DNA of 46,761 nucleotides from Perkinsus olseni (Eukaryota): NCBI GenBank assembly GCA_013115125.1, contig JABANN010000041.1, positions 62,001 to 108,761 of the forward strand, read 5' to 3'. Shown piece by piece: positions 12,827 to 24,424 of this stretch (position 1 is its first letter; each line of letters starts with the position of its first letter). The notes under the pieces were generated by a model. It saw only the letters and a program-made list of their open reading frames with translations, ran no database searches and was not told where the DNA came from. The position numbers and the translations under genes were made by a program.

Positions 12827-14131
12827 ATGGCTCCGCCTGGCTGGGACCAACAAGAGCCCTCCCCGGCTACAACCGGAGCTCCTCCTCCAGACCGTGCGTA
12901 CGAGTCCACCGGGCGGCCCCCGATCGAACCGTCGAGTCGTGAAGGCGTTTCCAGGACGGGTGACCACGGCCGGAGAGAGCACAGCAGACGACGTCGAGGA
13001 GGCTCTGACAGCAGCAGTAGCAGTAGAAGCCGTTCCCGTGGTAGACGCGACAAGAGGCGCTCGAGGAGGGACAGGTCGAGAAGTGAACGCCGAAGGCCTC
13101 GGAAGAGCGGCTGGGACGACTCCACCGAGCCCAGTGGGCATCAGAGCAACTTCAGCTCGCAGGCCTTGGGAAGCGCTGGTCTTGATGCTACTACCCTAAT
13201 GATGCAGCAGCAGGTGTTAGCAGGCGGGGCTGGGCAGAATAAGAAGGCCAAAGAGTTGTACGTCGGAAATCTCGCCAAGGGTCAAGCTAACATGGCTAAC
13301 ATAAAGGAGTTCTTCAACGCAGCATTGACGGCCCTTCCCGAGTACCAGCAAAAGTACTCTCAGATTCTCCCCGCTGGTTGCATCCGTGAGGTCAGATTGT
13401 CACCGTGCGGTCAGTACTGCTTCGTCGAGTTCGCCTCTGAGGAGATATGCCTCACCGCCTTGGAGTTTGACAGAGTCGAGTTCCTTGGCCGTCAGCTCAG
13501 AATCGCAAGGCCCTCCGGCTATACCCCACTGGGGCCTCCCCCTCCCCCCATGGACGTCAGCGTCCTCAGGGTTCAGGGCTTTCTTCCACAGAAGGCTATG
13601 GCGGCCAACCCGCAGCAAGACAAGAAGCAGAGAGAGGTCTACGTTGGGAATCTGGCTAGTGGCTTGGTGACACCACAGGTCTTGAAGGATCTCTTCGAGC
13701 CAGCCTGCAAAGTGCTCCCTGACTACAACGCAGCCTTGGGCCCACCGGTGCTCACTGCTGACGTTCGCGGTGAGGGAAGATTCGCCTTTGTAGAGTTTCA
13801 GAACGACAAGCTGTGCACTGCCGCCATCGACATATTCAACGGCATGGAGGTGCTGGGGCGTCGTCTAGTCGTCGGTCGTCCTCAGGGGTACGTTGAGCCT
13901 GTAGAAGGTCCAGCGATTCCCACTGGTCATCGGTCATCCCCCAACCCCATGTCCACTGCGGGAGGCTGGGATAGTGGTCAGAGCTGGGGTATGAATCAAG
14001 GCTGGGGTGCTGCTCCTGCTCAGGACTACCGAGGGTATTCTCAACGGCCTGGCTTTGATGGTGCTGGCTCTGCTGTCGCTGCTGGTGCCGAGGCCGCCCA
14101 GTCTCTGATACACGGGTATCCTTCTAGGTGA
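12827..14131 (+). CDS. U2AF65-like splicing factor (RS domain plus two RRMs), intronless
   Basis: 434-aa ORF with an Arg/Ser-rich N-terminus, RKSGWDD, and two RRMs (ELYVGNL...YCFVEF...LRIARPSGY; EVYVGNL...FAFVEF...LVVGRPQGY) resembling U2AF65 RRM1. Confidence 0.82.
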   Translation: MAPPGWDQQEPSPATTGAPPPDRAYESTGRPPIEPSSREGVSRTGDHGRREHSRRRRGGSDSSSSSRSRSRGRRDKRRSRRDRSRSERRRPRKSGWDDSTEPSGHQSNFSSQALGSAGLDATTLMMQQQVLAGGAGQNKKAKELYVGNLAKGQANMANIKEFFNAALTALPEYQQKYSQILPAGCIREVRLSPCGQYCFVEFASEEICLTALEFDRVEFLGRQLRIARPSGYTPLGPPPPPMDVSVLRVQGFLPQKAMAANPQQDKKQREVYVGNLASGLVTPQVLKDLFEPACKVLPDYNAALGPPVLTADVRGEGRFAFVEFQNDKLCTAAIDIFNGMEVLGRRLVVGRPQGYVEPVEGPAIPTGHRSSPNPMSTAGGWDSGQSWGMNQGWGAAPAQDYRGYSQRPGFDGAGSAVAAGAEAAQSLIHGYPSR

Positions 14132-14270
14132 CCGCCGCTCTTCCCTTTTCGTCGTAGTACTAGATGTGATGATATCATTGACATTTCTAAGCGTTTGAGA
14201 GAATCTACTGTGTGCGTTGTGTTGGTTTGCCTAGGAGGCTATCGTGTGCCTTATAGTTTTTGATGCAGCC

Positions 14271-15547
14271 ATGGAAGGATCCTCATGGCCCTCAGTATCT
14301 CAGCTCCCCAACGGCTCATATCCAGCACCAACGGCACCGGCCATGGCTTGGGCATCCTACCAGCCCAATGCTGTAGCGAGCGTTGGGGGCCGAGCACAAC
14401 CTAATGGTGTCACGGGAAGTGTGCCGAGTTTTGATGCCACTGCTGCTACTGGCCAATATTCGCAGCCTAGCATGACCACGCCCGTGGCCCTACCGATGAG
14501 CGGTCAACCTTACAACACAACAGGATCTTTGGTTGACTCTAGTAGGATACAGCAGGTAAAGATGCGACTTAAGATTCCATGCTTACTATTCTCTGATCAG
14601 GACGCTCATCATTTACCGTCTTCAGCACCAGTAAGGAGGAACCCGCTGGAGGAGCGACGGGAGGCCGCGTTGGTGAGTGTAGCCATTTTCAAGTCCTAGG
14701 CGTCATCATCTTTCTCAGATGTGCATCGGCAAGTGCTTCTCGGCGCCAGAGACTGAGCTCGGTATGCCCCCTCCGGTCTACGGTTCCTGCGTCCGACCCG
14801 CCGGATTCGTAAGTGTAGCTTCATGAACTTGACCTCGCCGTGATAGTTTCTCATCAGTCCCCTCTCATGGGAGACTTCGTAGCGGACCCTTCCCCTAGAA
14901 GTCGGGAGTTCAGCTCTGTCTCGGCCACTACCCAACTACCACAACCCCAGCCTAGGGTAGGCGAGCCAGTGAGGTTTTCGCCCTCGGATTTTACGCTCCC
15001 CTGTCAGGTCTCGAGTGGCCCTGCCCCTGTTGCTGAGGGCCGTAGTGCCCCTTCAACGGCCCCTCCGCAGGGTGGTGTTAGGCAGATGGCCCCGCAGCTA
15101 GAGCAGATGCAGCATCAGTTGGATACCTTGACACGGCACATGCAGTCCATGCTGCAAGCTAAGGTTGGATCATGCCTCTCGTCCAGCGAAGCAGTAGTAT
15201 GGCGACCTCAGACTCAGCCCCAAATACCGCCCCCGTCGACGCAGCAGCAGCAGCAGTACCCGACCTACGCAAGTAGCCCTCGGTATCCCCCTGTGACGTC
15301 ACGGACAGGCGCACATGACCATGGGTGGAACTCCGCGGCCACTCTGCCGCAGCAGCAGTCGCCCTATCCAGCGACGGACCGGCCAGCAAAGGTAAGAGGT
15401 CTGCCTAGAGAGGCACGCCCGAACTCTTGGCTGTGATGTCAGACCTCGATGCTCGATATTGAGGAGAATAAGCGGAAGATGAGGGCGCTCGACTTCAAGC
15501 TTAAACGGCTTCAGAAGGAAATTCACAACACCAGGCTGGACCGATAA
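14271..15547 (+). CDS. Pro/Gln-rich low-complexity protein with two short coiled coils
   Basis: Short GT-AG introns give a continuous frame from MEGSSWPS to ...IEENKRKMRALDFKLKRLQKEIHNTRLDR*. Confidence 0.6.
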
Positions 15548-15667
15548 GAAATCAGTTACTATTACAGTTTCACCATCCGATACATTGCTCTTAATGGTCA
15601 TCACTGTTGGAGTTGGCCAGCGTGTGGTATGTGTGTGGTTGCCAGGATTGTTGATTTGTTCCCTACG

Positions 15668-16463
15668 ATGCCGGCCCAGGTCCTCAGCAACGCTGTCGAT
15701 AGATCCATCTCCTGGCTTGGAGGGTACCTGCCTGTTGAGGCCGCTCGAGAGAAGTTCCCTCTGGTTAATACTGGAATTAACCTGGCTGACACGTACGGCC
15801 GACCACTGGTGGTGAAGGTCGATTCCAAGTTGGATGGCGCTGTGGATCGAGGGAGTAAGCTGCTTGAGGTAAGACGTGGCCCAAGGGTGAGTGCGTTCAA
15901 GATGGCTCTTCAGAGTATTCGAAGCAACTCTGATGCTATTGTGGCGATGGTGGGTCGCATAAGAGAGTCTCTTTCTGCGAACAAGCAGGCTGTGCAGTCG
16001 AAGATCACCGGCCTGGCGGAGGACGGTAAATACCAGCTCACGCACCTCCAGGAGCTCACTGTGCAGACGGCCACGGACACCTACAAGGTGGGGAGAGCCA
16101 CTCCGCTTCTGTCAAATCGGGCAGTGGTATTTTGCTAAGGTTGCCTCGGCCAGAATCCAGAGTATTCCACGCTCTCTTAACGTCGATGTCCATCTCGTCT
16201 TTGATACCAATAATCGCATCATCGGCGGTATCATCGGAGCCAAGGATCAGCTCATCACCATCACCACCCGAGGTTGGTCGAGGCCTCCTGTGTGAACTAG
16301 CAGTGCTTGTCTAGGTCTTGACATGACAGTTGGCGAAGATCGTCGTAAGATTGTTATCGAGCGCGGCACAGAAGCCTTCGATGTCATGATGGGTTATGCC
16401 AGGAAGTTGGTGCCTGCTGTTGTCGCGGCTCCCGCCGAAGCGCCTTCGCCCGAAGCTCAGTAG
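15668..16463 (+). CDS. Amphipathic helical protein, possibly lipid-droplet associated (perilipin/REF-like)
   Basis: Three exons form a continuous frame from MPAQVLSNAVDRSISWLGG to ...PAEAPSPEAQ*. The family hint comes only from AREKFPLVNTGINLADTYGRPLVVKVDSKLD and is weak. Confidence 0.6.
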
Positions 16464-16725
16464 CCGATTGGACTATGATTTAAGCGTATTAGGGACTGAT
16501 CTAAGCTAGCTCATGGCTGGCATTTTTTGCATTCGTGATCTGTGCGTTCTGTGACCGAAGACCATCTGCTGCGAGTCGGGTAGGTGGGAGAGTCTCCAGC
16601 TTCGACGAGGCCAGGCTTCGATTTGTAGTCCTTTCCATTTTTGAGGAGCTGTGGTTGTCGGTGTCGCTCCGCTAGGATGGGGATTATTTTTTTGAGAAGC
16701 TCGGCTGTTTCTGCTGCTGCTGTTG

Positions 16726-18455
16726 ATGGCTCTGAGGGTAGTTAGGAAGCATCAGGTAGAATGCCGGTATACAGTACTTGAGGGAAGTGTTGTGTTGCAT
16801 AACGGAGAGGTACCTACACCCAAGATTTGTTCTGAGGAGAGCATGCTGACAGCTGCCGGGGCTGATGAGGCCGTTCGACGAGGAGGAGACGCGTCGGATG
16901 ATGATATCCTCCCTGAGTGCGGCCCCGAAAATCACGTAGCGGCAAAGAGTTTGTCGACGTTGACCGTGTGAGTGTTGCCTTCTCTGCAGGAGGATCGGTT
17001 CGACCGCTCGGAGGGTTCGCGGGAGCGCTCGTCATCGGTTGTTTTCAAGGGGCACCTCACGGGAGAATTAGTAGTCCATTCTCCTCTGATCTCGCTACAC
17101 TTGGTGTCTTGGTTCTACAACAGGCCAGACAAGAGCAGGAGAGGGCTGTGCTACAGGAGGACCTCAATCGTCTGGCGTGGCAGCTGAACCAGGCGGGGCT
17201 GGTTGGCGCCATAGATGAATCTGAGGAGGCGCCGAGGGAAAGTAGGGAATGGTGTGGTAGTAGCGACGGACGCGCTGTTACAGGCCCTTCCCCTCCCGGC
17301 CAAGCTCCGTCAGAGGACACCTCATTGCCTTTGTCGTACACTGATTTGGCCTGGAATGCGTTCTTCCTGCCTGTAACGGCACCCCTGTGGGTGGGCCGAT
17401 CGGCGGTGTCGGCGACCAAAGCCGCGGCTTCTATGACGAAAAATAAGGTTCAGGTAGCAGTATAGGGTGCGGGTCTTTGGGGAGAGCTGTGGCAGAATTT
17501 ACTGATTTTCATTATTTCCTTGTCTTAGTCCACAGTGCATCGGGTGGTCGGCCCGGTGCTGGCGAGGATATCTCCGATCTACCCCCTGATAACGCCGCTG
17601 ATCGCCGCTCTCAATCAGCTTACCCCTCGTCGGGCTCAGCATGCTGGAAGGGTTGTATCGACAGTAGTGGCCTATGGATCGAAGGCGGTGACTAGCGAGG
17701 AGTATGGCAAGGCGCAGAAGGCAACGCGAGTGTTGATCCGAGAGGGCGTGGGGGCAGCCAGCACGCCCGAGGCCCGGCAAATTTTGGTACTGCTGGGTGA
17801 GCTGTGGATGCGAATCATGGACGTTATAGCATCACCCCAGTGCCGGGCGGCTGGGCAGAGTGCTCATCGGCTGGTGGTTGGCAGTCTTGCTGCGTTGCAT
17901 TCGACCAACACTGACCGATTTGTAGCGGCCGTGTCGAGATACTTGTCTGCGGGTGTCGATTTCCTGGCGAGCGAGGATGTCGCTGCGTGTATTGGAGCTA
18001 CTCTTCGCGATCTGGAGATGTGGCTAGAGAGCGAGCATGAAGTTTGGCAAAAAGAGAAACGTTCTCGAGCGGAGCGAAGCAGGGCAGCTGACTCGGCTGA
18101 GGACAGCAGCAGTCAGGATGTACTTGACCTGGATATAGATAGCGCTCTGGACGTGTCGGGTGACGGAGAGCTAGAATGTGATGTAGCGGTAGCCGCGGGA
18201 GAGCTGGCTCGGCAGCAGCCCGAGAATCGCGAACTGCGGAGGAGACGCCAGCGTGTCCTGCGTGGGTCGGTGAGGAGGATGCCGCCACCTGCTGACAGGC
18301 ACTCAGTGAGGCGTCACAGCACTATTGATTTGGTTGGTAAAGGGCAGGCATTCCTCGGGCGGGTCGAGAAGACCGTGAATGTCGGGGTTTTGCTTGTGAT
18401 TATATGGTCTATTCTGGGCATGTATGGCCTTATCAAATTAGTAGGACTAGCTTGA
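16726..18455 (+). CDS. Hypothetical protein with C-terminal transmembrane helix (tail-anchored)
   Basis: Four exons joined in frame by GT-AG introns; the protein ends VNVGVLLVIIWSILGMYGLIKLVGLA*. Confidence 0.6.
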
Positions 18456-18592
18456 CGCTTTTCAGTATCTCACTAACCTCCCGGTCGATGTGTTTGGAGG
18501 GCGATTCAGGACGGCTCTTTATCAGTAGCGGGCGACCGATCTGGCTTCGGAACTGTTGGTGCCCTTGTCTCTTCGTCAAAGCTTGTTTTCTC

Positions 18593-19537
18593 ATGTTTGC
18601 TGCCTCACCCTTGGCGTCATCGTCAACAACGACTGCTGGCGGCGCTGCCGAGGACCCCGACGCTGCAGCTCAGAGCTGGGAGGTGACCGAGAGGGGAACC
18701 TACCTCAAAGGGTTGCCCCGAGAGGTCCTCAGAGCACAGGCAGACGAGTTGGACGTTCCCGCTGATGCCACGGTACCTCAGATGGTCACGGCGATACTAC
18801 GAGCGCAGGAGATTGAGCGGGATAGGGTAGTAGCGATGAGGCTGGCAGCGACCCTAGAGGAGCCGGATCAGGAGTTTGCACGGCCAGCGCAAAGGCCGAC
18901 TTTTTTGAGTGTAGGCAGTCAGAGTTCGGATTCGGACGCCCGACCGAGGCTCGGCAGGAGAGATTCTGAAGCATCCTTCATGAGCGCTCGAGAGTTTCCT
19001 CTGCCAGCTGACAGCAGTGGAGCTAGCGACGGGTCCAGCTCGGCGACGTCGCACGCTGAGGACGGTGGGAGCGAGTCGAGTGGTGCTTCTCATTTGAGTG
19101 ACAGTATACGTGCTGTGGTTGGTGCTGTTGGGCATACCTTGGTCCGCGGGGTCATGGCAACGCTGTCGGGATCTGCTGCCGAGGAGGGTGACAATATGGA
19201 CGACTCTCCGCTTGCTGCTATTGTGGCGGCTGAGGAAGGGCCAGTGGGAGCCACTGAGGGAGAGATAGCTGCCCTTACTCTACAGTCTACCTGCGAGGCT
19301 GGGGTTCGGGGCAACTGTGCTGTGTGCATGGACAGTCTGAAGGTGGGGGAGGAGGTACGGACCCTGCCGTGCTTGCATCGGTATCATACGTCGTGTATCG
19401 ACGAGTGGCTGAAGAGCAGCCCGACTTGCCCAGTATGTAAAACTTCTATCTTGATGGGCATTTATGAAGGCACAATTCCGAATAGCAGTAGCGGCGATAG
19501 CAACCGCGGCCATCGGTCCCTATGGAGCAGGCGATAG
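18593..19537 (+). CDS. RING-H2 E3 ubiquitin ligase
   Basis: CAVCMDSLKVGEEVRTLPCLHRYHTSCIDEWLKSSPTCPVC is a canonical C3H2C3 RING. Start chosen at MFAAS within ORF 18404-19537. Confidence 0.87.
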   Translation: MFAASPLASSSTTTAGGAAEDPDAAAQSWEVTERGTYLKGLPREVLRAQADELDVPADATVPQMVTAILRAQEIERDRVVAMRLAATLEEPDQEFARPAQRPTFLSVGSQSSDSDARPRLGRRDSEASFMSAREFPLPADSSGASDGSSSATSHAEDGGSESSGASHLSDSIRAVVGAVGHTLVRGVMATLSGSAAEEGDNMDDSPLAAIVAAEEGPVGATEGEIAALTLQSTCEAGVRGNCAVCMDSLKVGEEVRTLPCLHRYHTSCIDEWLKSSPTCPVCKTSILMGIYEGTIPNSSSGDSNRGHRSLWSRR

Positions 19538-19822
19538 AGGCGCCGTTGTGCTGCAATACAATTGCCTGTTCAATCATTTCTGCTCTGAATGCTTATTTTC
19601 TGAGTCGCCTCCGGATGAGTTGCGCAATCTCCACTCGTTCGGGTAGCCCTACTCGCGCTCAGTGATGCCAAGATCGGAGGCAGCTCTGCTTGCCTGGTAG
19701 CGAGCGAAACAGACAGCAGCCCTTCTCCATTGAAGCTTTCCAAGTTAAGCTAGGAAGGCCTTTCTGTTAGTCAGAAGAACCGCTTCCGATACTCTCGTTG
19801 AAGGTCGTTTTTGGGGGCCCCT

Positions 19823-22800
19823 ATGAACAGCTATGTAGCAGATTCTGAGATCACCGCTGTCCGCGTCACACCGAGGCGTCATCTAGGGTGTGATGGGGTT
19901 GTGGTCAGTGCGTTCCCTGGGCACTACAAGACTAAGCGGATACAGCTCACAGCGGCGATGGCCGGCGTGCCGGTGGAATTTGTGGACGCTCGAGAGGTCC
20001 AGTTCGTCCATTGTGCAGTCCAGAAGTAGGGAAAAAGGCCGCTGGATACCGCGGGCCTGCTATCCTCCGTTTGCGGCAGGTACCCCATGGCTCGTGTGAT
20101 CGAATATGGCGGCCCACCACGGAGAGAGTGGTTCATTTTCACAACCCCAGCGATATGCCGATACATAGCCCATCTACGCCGAGACTGCAGCTTACTAGGC
20201 ATTGGCTCTGAAATGGAGGTGACTGTCGCTGATGTGTGTCACATCACCACCATCATCATTTCCTTCAGGCTGCTGTTGATTCGACCATGGACTTCATAAC
20301 CCAAGAGCTGGAGGTGCCTATCGCCCTGCTCATCTACCGGTCCTTGGGTAGCGCTTCAGCCGCACTGCCGTCCTTCCCCGTCTTGCTAGGTGACATCTCT
20401 CCGAGCAAAATGGTGGCTAAGAGAGCCTCGAGGGAGATTGAGGAAGCATTAAAGCGGATGAACCATCTACTTAGGGAGGAAGACAGCAACGGGTTCCTCG
20501 TGCCAGGCACGGCGTCTGTCTCCGTAGCGGATATATTCGCCATTACGGTAGGGTAATGCTGGCTCACAACCTTTTAGTACCATCCTTTGGCCGCTTCGTC
20601 AGGTCCTGTCCGAGGGCATCTCGCATGATTTGGTGACTATCGGTGAGCCGCGGGGTCGGAGAAATTCGCCGAGGGAACAAGCATGTTGGTCAGATGAGAC
20701 CGATTGCCCTCAAGTCGCGCTCTGGCTGGACAGGATGGCTCAGTTGCCGCTGGTTCAAAAATTCGTCTTCGGCCAGTCCGATAGTTTTCGGACAGCTCCG
20801 GGCCTTGCAGTTGACGCCTCAGCGCTACCATCGGCGCCCGAGAGAGAAGGGCGGAAGGCGGAAAACACCCCTAGCGGGGGCACGGCCCGAACCGTCCCCC
20901 CTGTTGATATTCCGAGGGTCGCTTTCGGTGGGAGGAACGGTGATACGATCAAGCTCTCTGGGCGGCAAGATGATCTTGGTGTGGTAGCGTCTAAAGTCCG
21001 TAGGTGGGAGGGAAAAGTTAGCGGGTCAAGCACCGCCGCACCAGCGTTTTTGGTCGCGAAGAAAGCGCCTCCGTTCCCTTCCGAGGGCGAGGCTCAAAGG
21101 CTGACTAGCTCTCCCGTAGCAAGCGGTAGCAGTGGGAACAGGATGTCCACGTCGAGGGATCTGGATGACAGCGAGATTCGACCTCTTGCTGGTAGTGGGC
21201 GAGCTGAGAGGGGGCCGACTGTTCATGCGGGGTCTTCGCCTGTTTTACGGCCTGTTGAGACACCAATAGGAGCGAAGACTAATGGTGCGTCCTCAAACAG
21301 TATGCCTCCCGCGAAGAACCTCGCTTCAAGCGTTTTCATGAAGCTGTTGCCCTCGCCTAGACCCAACAGGGCTTCGCAGTTGCGGGAAGCAAGAGGGGCT
21401 GCATTGCGCCACGGCAGACCTGGGAAGGACGGCCCTGGCAGGAGCGCTCGTCCGAAGGCAATGAGGTTGCCCAGTGGTAACTCGAAGTTGCCGGCTAATA
21501 ACGGAGGACGGGTAACTCGGCGGCCCCTGGCCGGTTGGCAGGGTACAGAGGCGAGCCCATCTGGAAGCTTAGGTGGGACGGGCGTTGCTGTAGAGGAGTC
21601 CTTGAAAGTGACCAAAAGCGCTAGAGGTCGCTTGGAAGGGGGCGCAGAGGCCTCCGAGGGAATGGCTCCGGCTGCTGCTTTCATATCCTTGCCGATCAGG
21701 CGAAGGTCCAAAGGGAGCGTTGAATTTTTTGCTACTGATGAGCATCTACAAGACGTTGATGAGTCGTCACATCATTTCTCCAGTGGGTTATGGCCGCAAG
21801 GGGATATCCAAACTGTAGTCGCCGAGCTCCGAGGGGAAGACCAGGACAGAGCCGTTAAGGGAGAGGATTATAGCAACCCCAACTCAGATTTCGTCGAGGA
21901 AGAATCAAGAAGAAGAGATCTCCCGGAGTCTAATGCATCACCAGGACCATCCGAAGCTACCGAGCATCCGGTAGGCAAGCTCCAAGAACACGAGGAGTTC
22001 GATCGTGGTCGCCTCGAACCTGAGGGGAAGACGGGTGAAGAGCAAGATGCAGAGAGCTTCGTTGACCAGCGCTTGATTAAGATGATGACGGAGGGGCAGC
22101 ACTTCGGGCGGAATAGCGACAGACGCCGGTTGCCGACAGCGGGCCGATTTGGTACTTTGTCCTTAAAGATGGAACCCGAGAGCCCCACTGTAGCGGAGAG
22201 AGTTATGTGGTCAGCTCCTGTTCCGCCACCGGAAGCCAACGAGGCACCGGTGCTGCCAGCCATGGACAGAGCCGCGAGCAGGGCGGCGTCGGCTCTTCAG
22301 CGGGAAGCTACTCATCAGGAGCGGGACCAAGCGATTGCTCTACGCTTCTATGATGGAGCTCGAGAAGGTCCTGTAGAGCAGCGCCCTAGGAACAGCAGGG
22401 GGTCGCTGCCGCGGGTGATGATGATCGGACCCTCGTCGGCTCGGCTGCCCCATGCAGCTTTATTCGGTACCTCTTGGCGTCCAACTTTGGCTGCTTATTC
22501 CTCATTTGCGAGCATTCCGGGTTTTCTCGGAGACACTCCGGAGCGACAGGCCTCTCTGGGCACGACGACGGCCACGAGGCAGAGCATACCACCAACGCTC
22601 GTTCAGCGACGAACGAGTATTCCCTCCAGTGGTGCCTACAAGCATGTGCTGAGTCCGAAGCTGACGGTTCTACCTCCTGCAACGCAGCTGATCGTCGGAG
22701 GGCGGGAAGATCCGCGTGGGGGAGTGCCTGGGAGGACAGGTGAGGATTATCGAGGTCTCACAGGACTACATTCGCATGGTACCTCTCAGAGTGGTAGCAA

Positions 22801-23092
22801 GAGTGAAGTCACGCGCGCTTCGGACCCTGGCGGTATTTTCAGGCGATCAGAATCCCGGGCGCCATGTGAACCACCACTTCCTTCATCACCACAAGCGACC
22901 ACCTGGTCACACGGAGCACCATGCGACTCGTCATGGAGGACAGCACCATTATGCAGGTACTCTTGGCTGGGTCTTCAGCCGATGAGCCAATCGCCGATAC
23001 CTGCCAGGTCACGGCAGGCAAGGTCCCCGACACCACGATCCCCACTAGAGGTGACCAGCACCGCTGATGGCAGTCCATGTTGCACACTATGA
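19823..23092 (+). CDS. GST-fold (eEF1Bgamma-like) N-terminal domain fused to a long disordered tail
   Basis: Spliced N-terminus with KRIQLTAAMAGVPVEF, VP, PAICRYIA, AAVDSTMDF, EEALKRMNHLL, FLV...VSVADI and CPQVALWLDRMAQLPLVQKF follows the GST N and C domain pattern. It is followed by the S/P/G/R-rich ORF 20630-23092. Confidence 0.7.
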
Positions 23093-23163
23093 TGTTGTCA
23101 CTATCACCGTCGCTGTCGAGTTTTCGGGCCTTCTGAAGCGGTGCTCAGCCTTCCCACTTAGGA

Positions 23164-24424
23164 ATGGAAGTCCAGAATACTGTCCGGTGGGAGAACTATC
23201 ATTTGATAGTACCCCCGGGAGGTGCGGGTGCTGCAGAACAGGATACGGACGTGCGGGGGCAATTGTACCACTCGGGTCGATGGGGAGACCCCATGACACC
23301 TCACACGTCGTGGCCTGCTGTCATGGAGCTTCTCATCTTCGTGCCGTAGGGGAAGGGACTCTCCTCTCTGCCGTTGAGATCTGCTTCTCTTGCAGAGATG
23401 CTATAGTCTATTCATTGAGTACTACAGAGGATGAAGACGACTCGGAGTGGACGCAGTTGGATGTCGATGGCGGCTTTACGGTTACACGCTCCGTTGGAGC
23501 AGCAGAGGAGGAGCACCTGTGTGCTGCGGTTGTGAGCTTGGACGGCACTTCCTTTGAATGGAGCGTGAAGATCGACATGCGAGTCTCGCCCGAGTGCCAC
23601 GGCCACACGTTCCACTTCCGGTAAGGATACTGTGCTCCCTCGTGCGTAGCTCATGTAGCGTCTTCAGGTCGACGGACGGCTCTGTGCTGGCCGTCTGGTG
23701 CAGCCAACCGAATACAGCTGATCGGGTTGGTGGAGCTCAGTAGATCATCTTCGCCACGCACAATGTTCAGATAATGGCCCGCGTGATGAGTGCATTCCGT
23801 GAGGAGCCGCTACCCCGCAGGGAAGCTGGTGACGACTCGGGAATGAGCGAGCTGCTGGAGATTTTGAAGAAGCCCATCTCCGCCAGTGCGTCGGCCGCGC
23901 TGTTGCGGGGCTACGGGAAGTTGAAGCAGTCACGTGGAGGAGGGGCTGCTACGAACAGCAATACGCTAGCTCGCAGTGCTCTGCCTGCGCTGAGTGGACA
24001 AGAGGTAGTCGAGGAAGATTCGTACCTCGCTTTGGATCTCTTGTGGAGCGCGGTGTTGTCTCATAGGCCTTCACAGAGAGCGTTGTCTTCAATCTTGCTC
24101 GCTTGCCCTCCTGTACGGGTTGAATTCCCGATTCCCTGCCCTTCTCAGGAAGTGCCCCAGTTGTCGTTCGATGGGTCCCACCCACGCTGGTGCCCGACCG
24201 TGTACGAGAGATCAGTTGATCGTCATTATGGAACATACAGTTATAGAACCGAGCCGACCAACGGCGATAATCTGTCCCAGTGGCTGTCGCCTCGTGAAGG
24301 ATATGTCGCTGTTGATGCTGAGAGACTTCGCTCCGCTCTCCGGGCCACTCTCAGCTCCGACGACTTCGTCGAAAACGTTCTCGGCCAGCTTAGGCCACCA
24401 ACGCAAGATGCACTGTTCTCCTAG
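23164..24424 (+). CDS. DCP1: mRNA decapping activator DCP1-like (EVH1 domain plus C-terminal trimerisation helix)
   Basis: LLIFVPDAIVYSL...SEWTQLDVDGGFTVTR...AVVS...HTFHFRSTDGSVLAVWCSQ aligns with the Dcp1 EVH1 pattern (W..xDVEG, Y/FR...V.GIWF). The C-terminal ERLRSALRATLSSDDFVENVL resembles the Dcp1 trimerisation motif. The 5' exon structure is unresolved. Confidence 0.72.

Noticed and set aside
14679-14693. GTAGCCATTTTCAAG resembling a dinoflagellate-type spliced-leader relic
   Set aside because: It needs a 4-nt deletion to match and lies inside an internal intron rather than upstream of a start codon.
20236-20270. His6 tract in the ORF MSHHHHHHFLQ
   Set aside because: It falls in a short intron of the GST-like gene ending at TTCAG.
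23243-23305. Possible AT-AC intron in the DCP1 5' region
   Set aside because: It lacks the ATATCCT consensus, and alternative GT-AG or unspliced models exist. It cannot be decided without transcripts.
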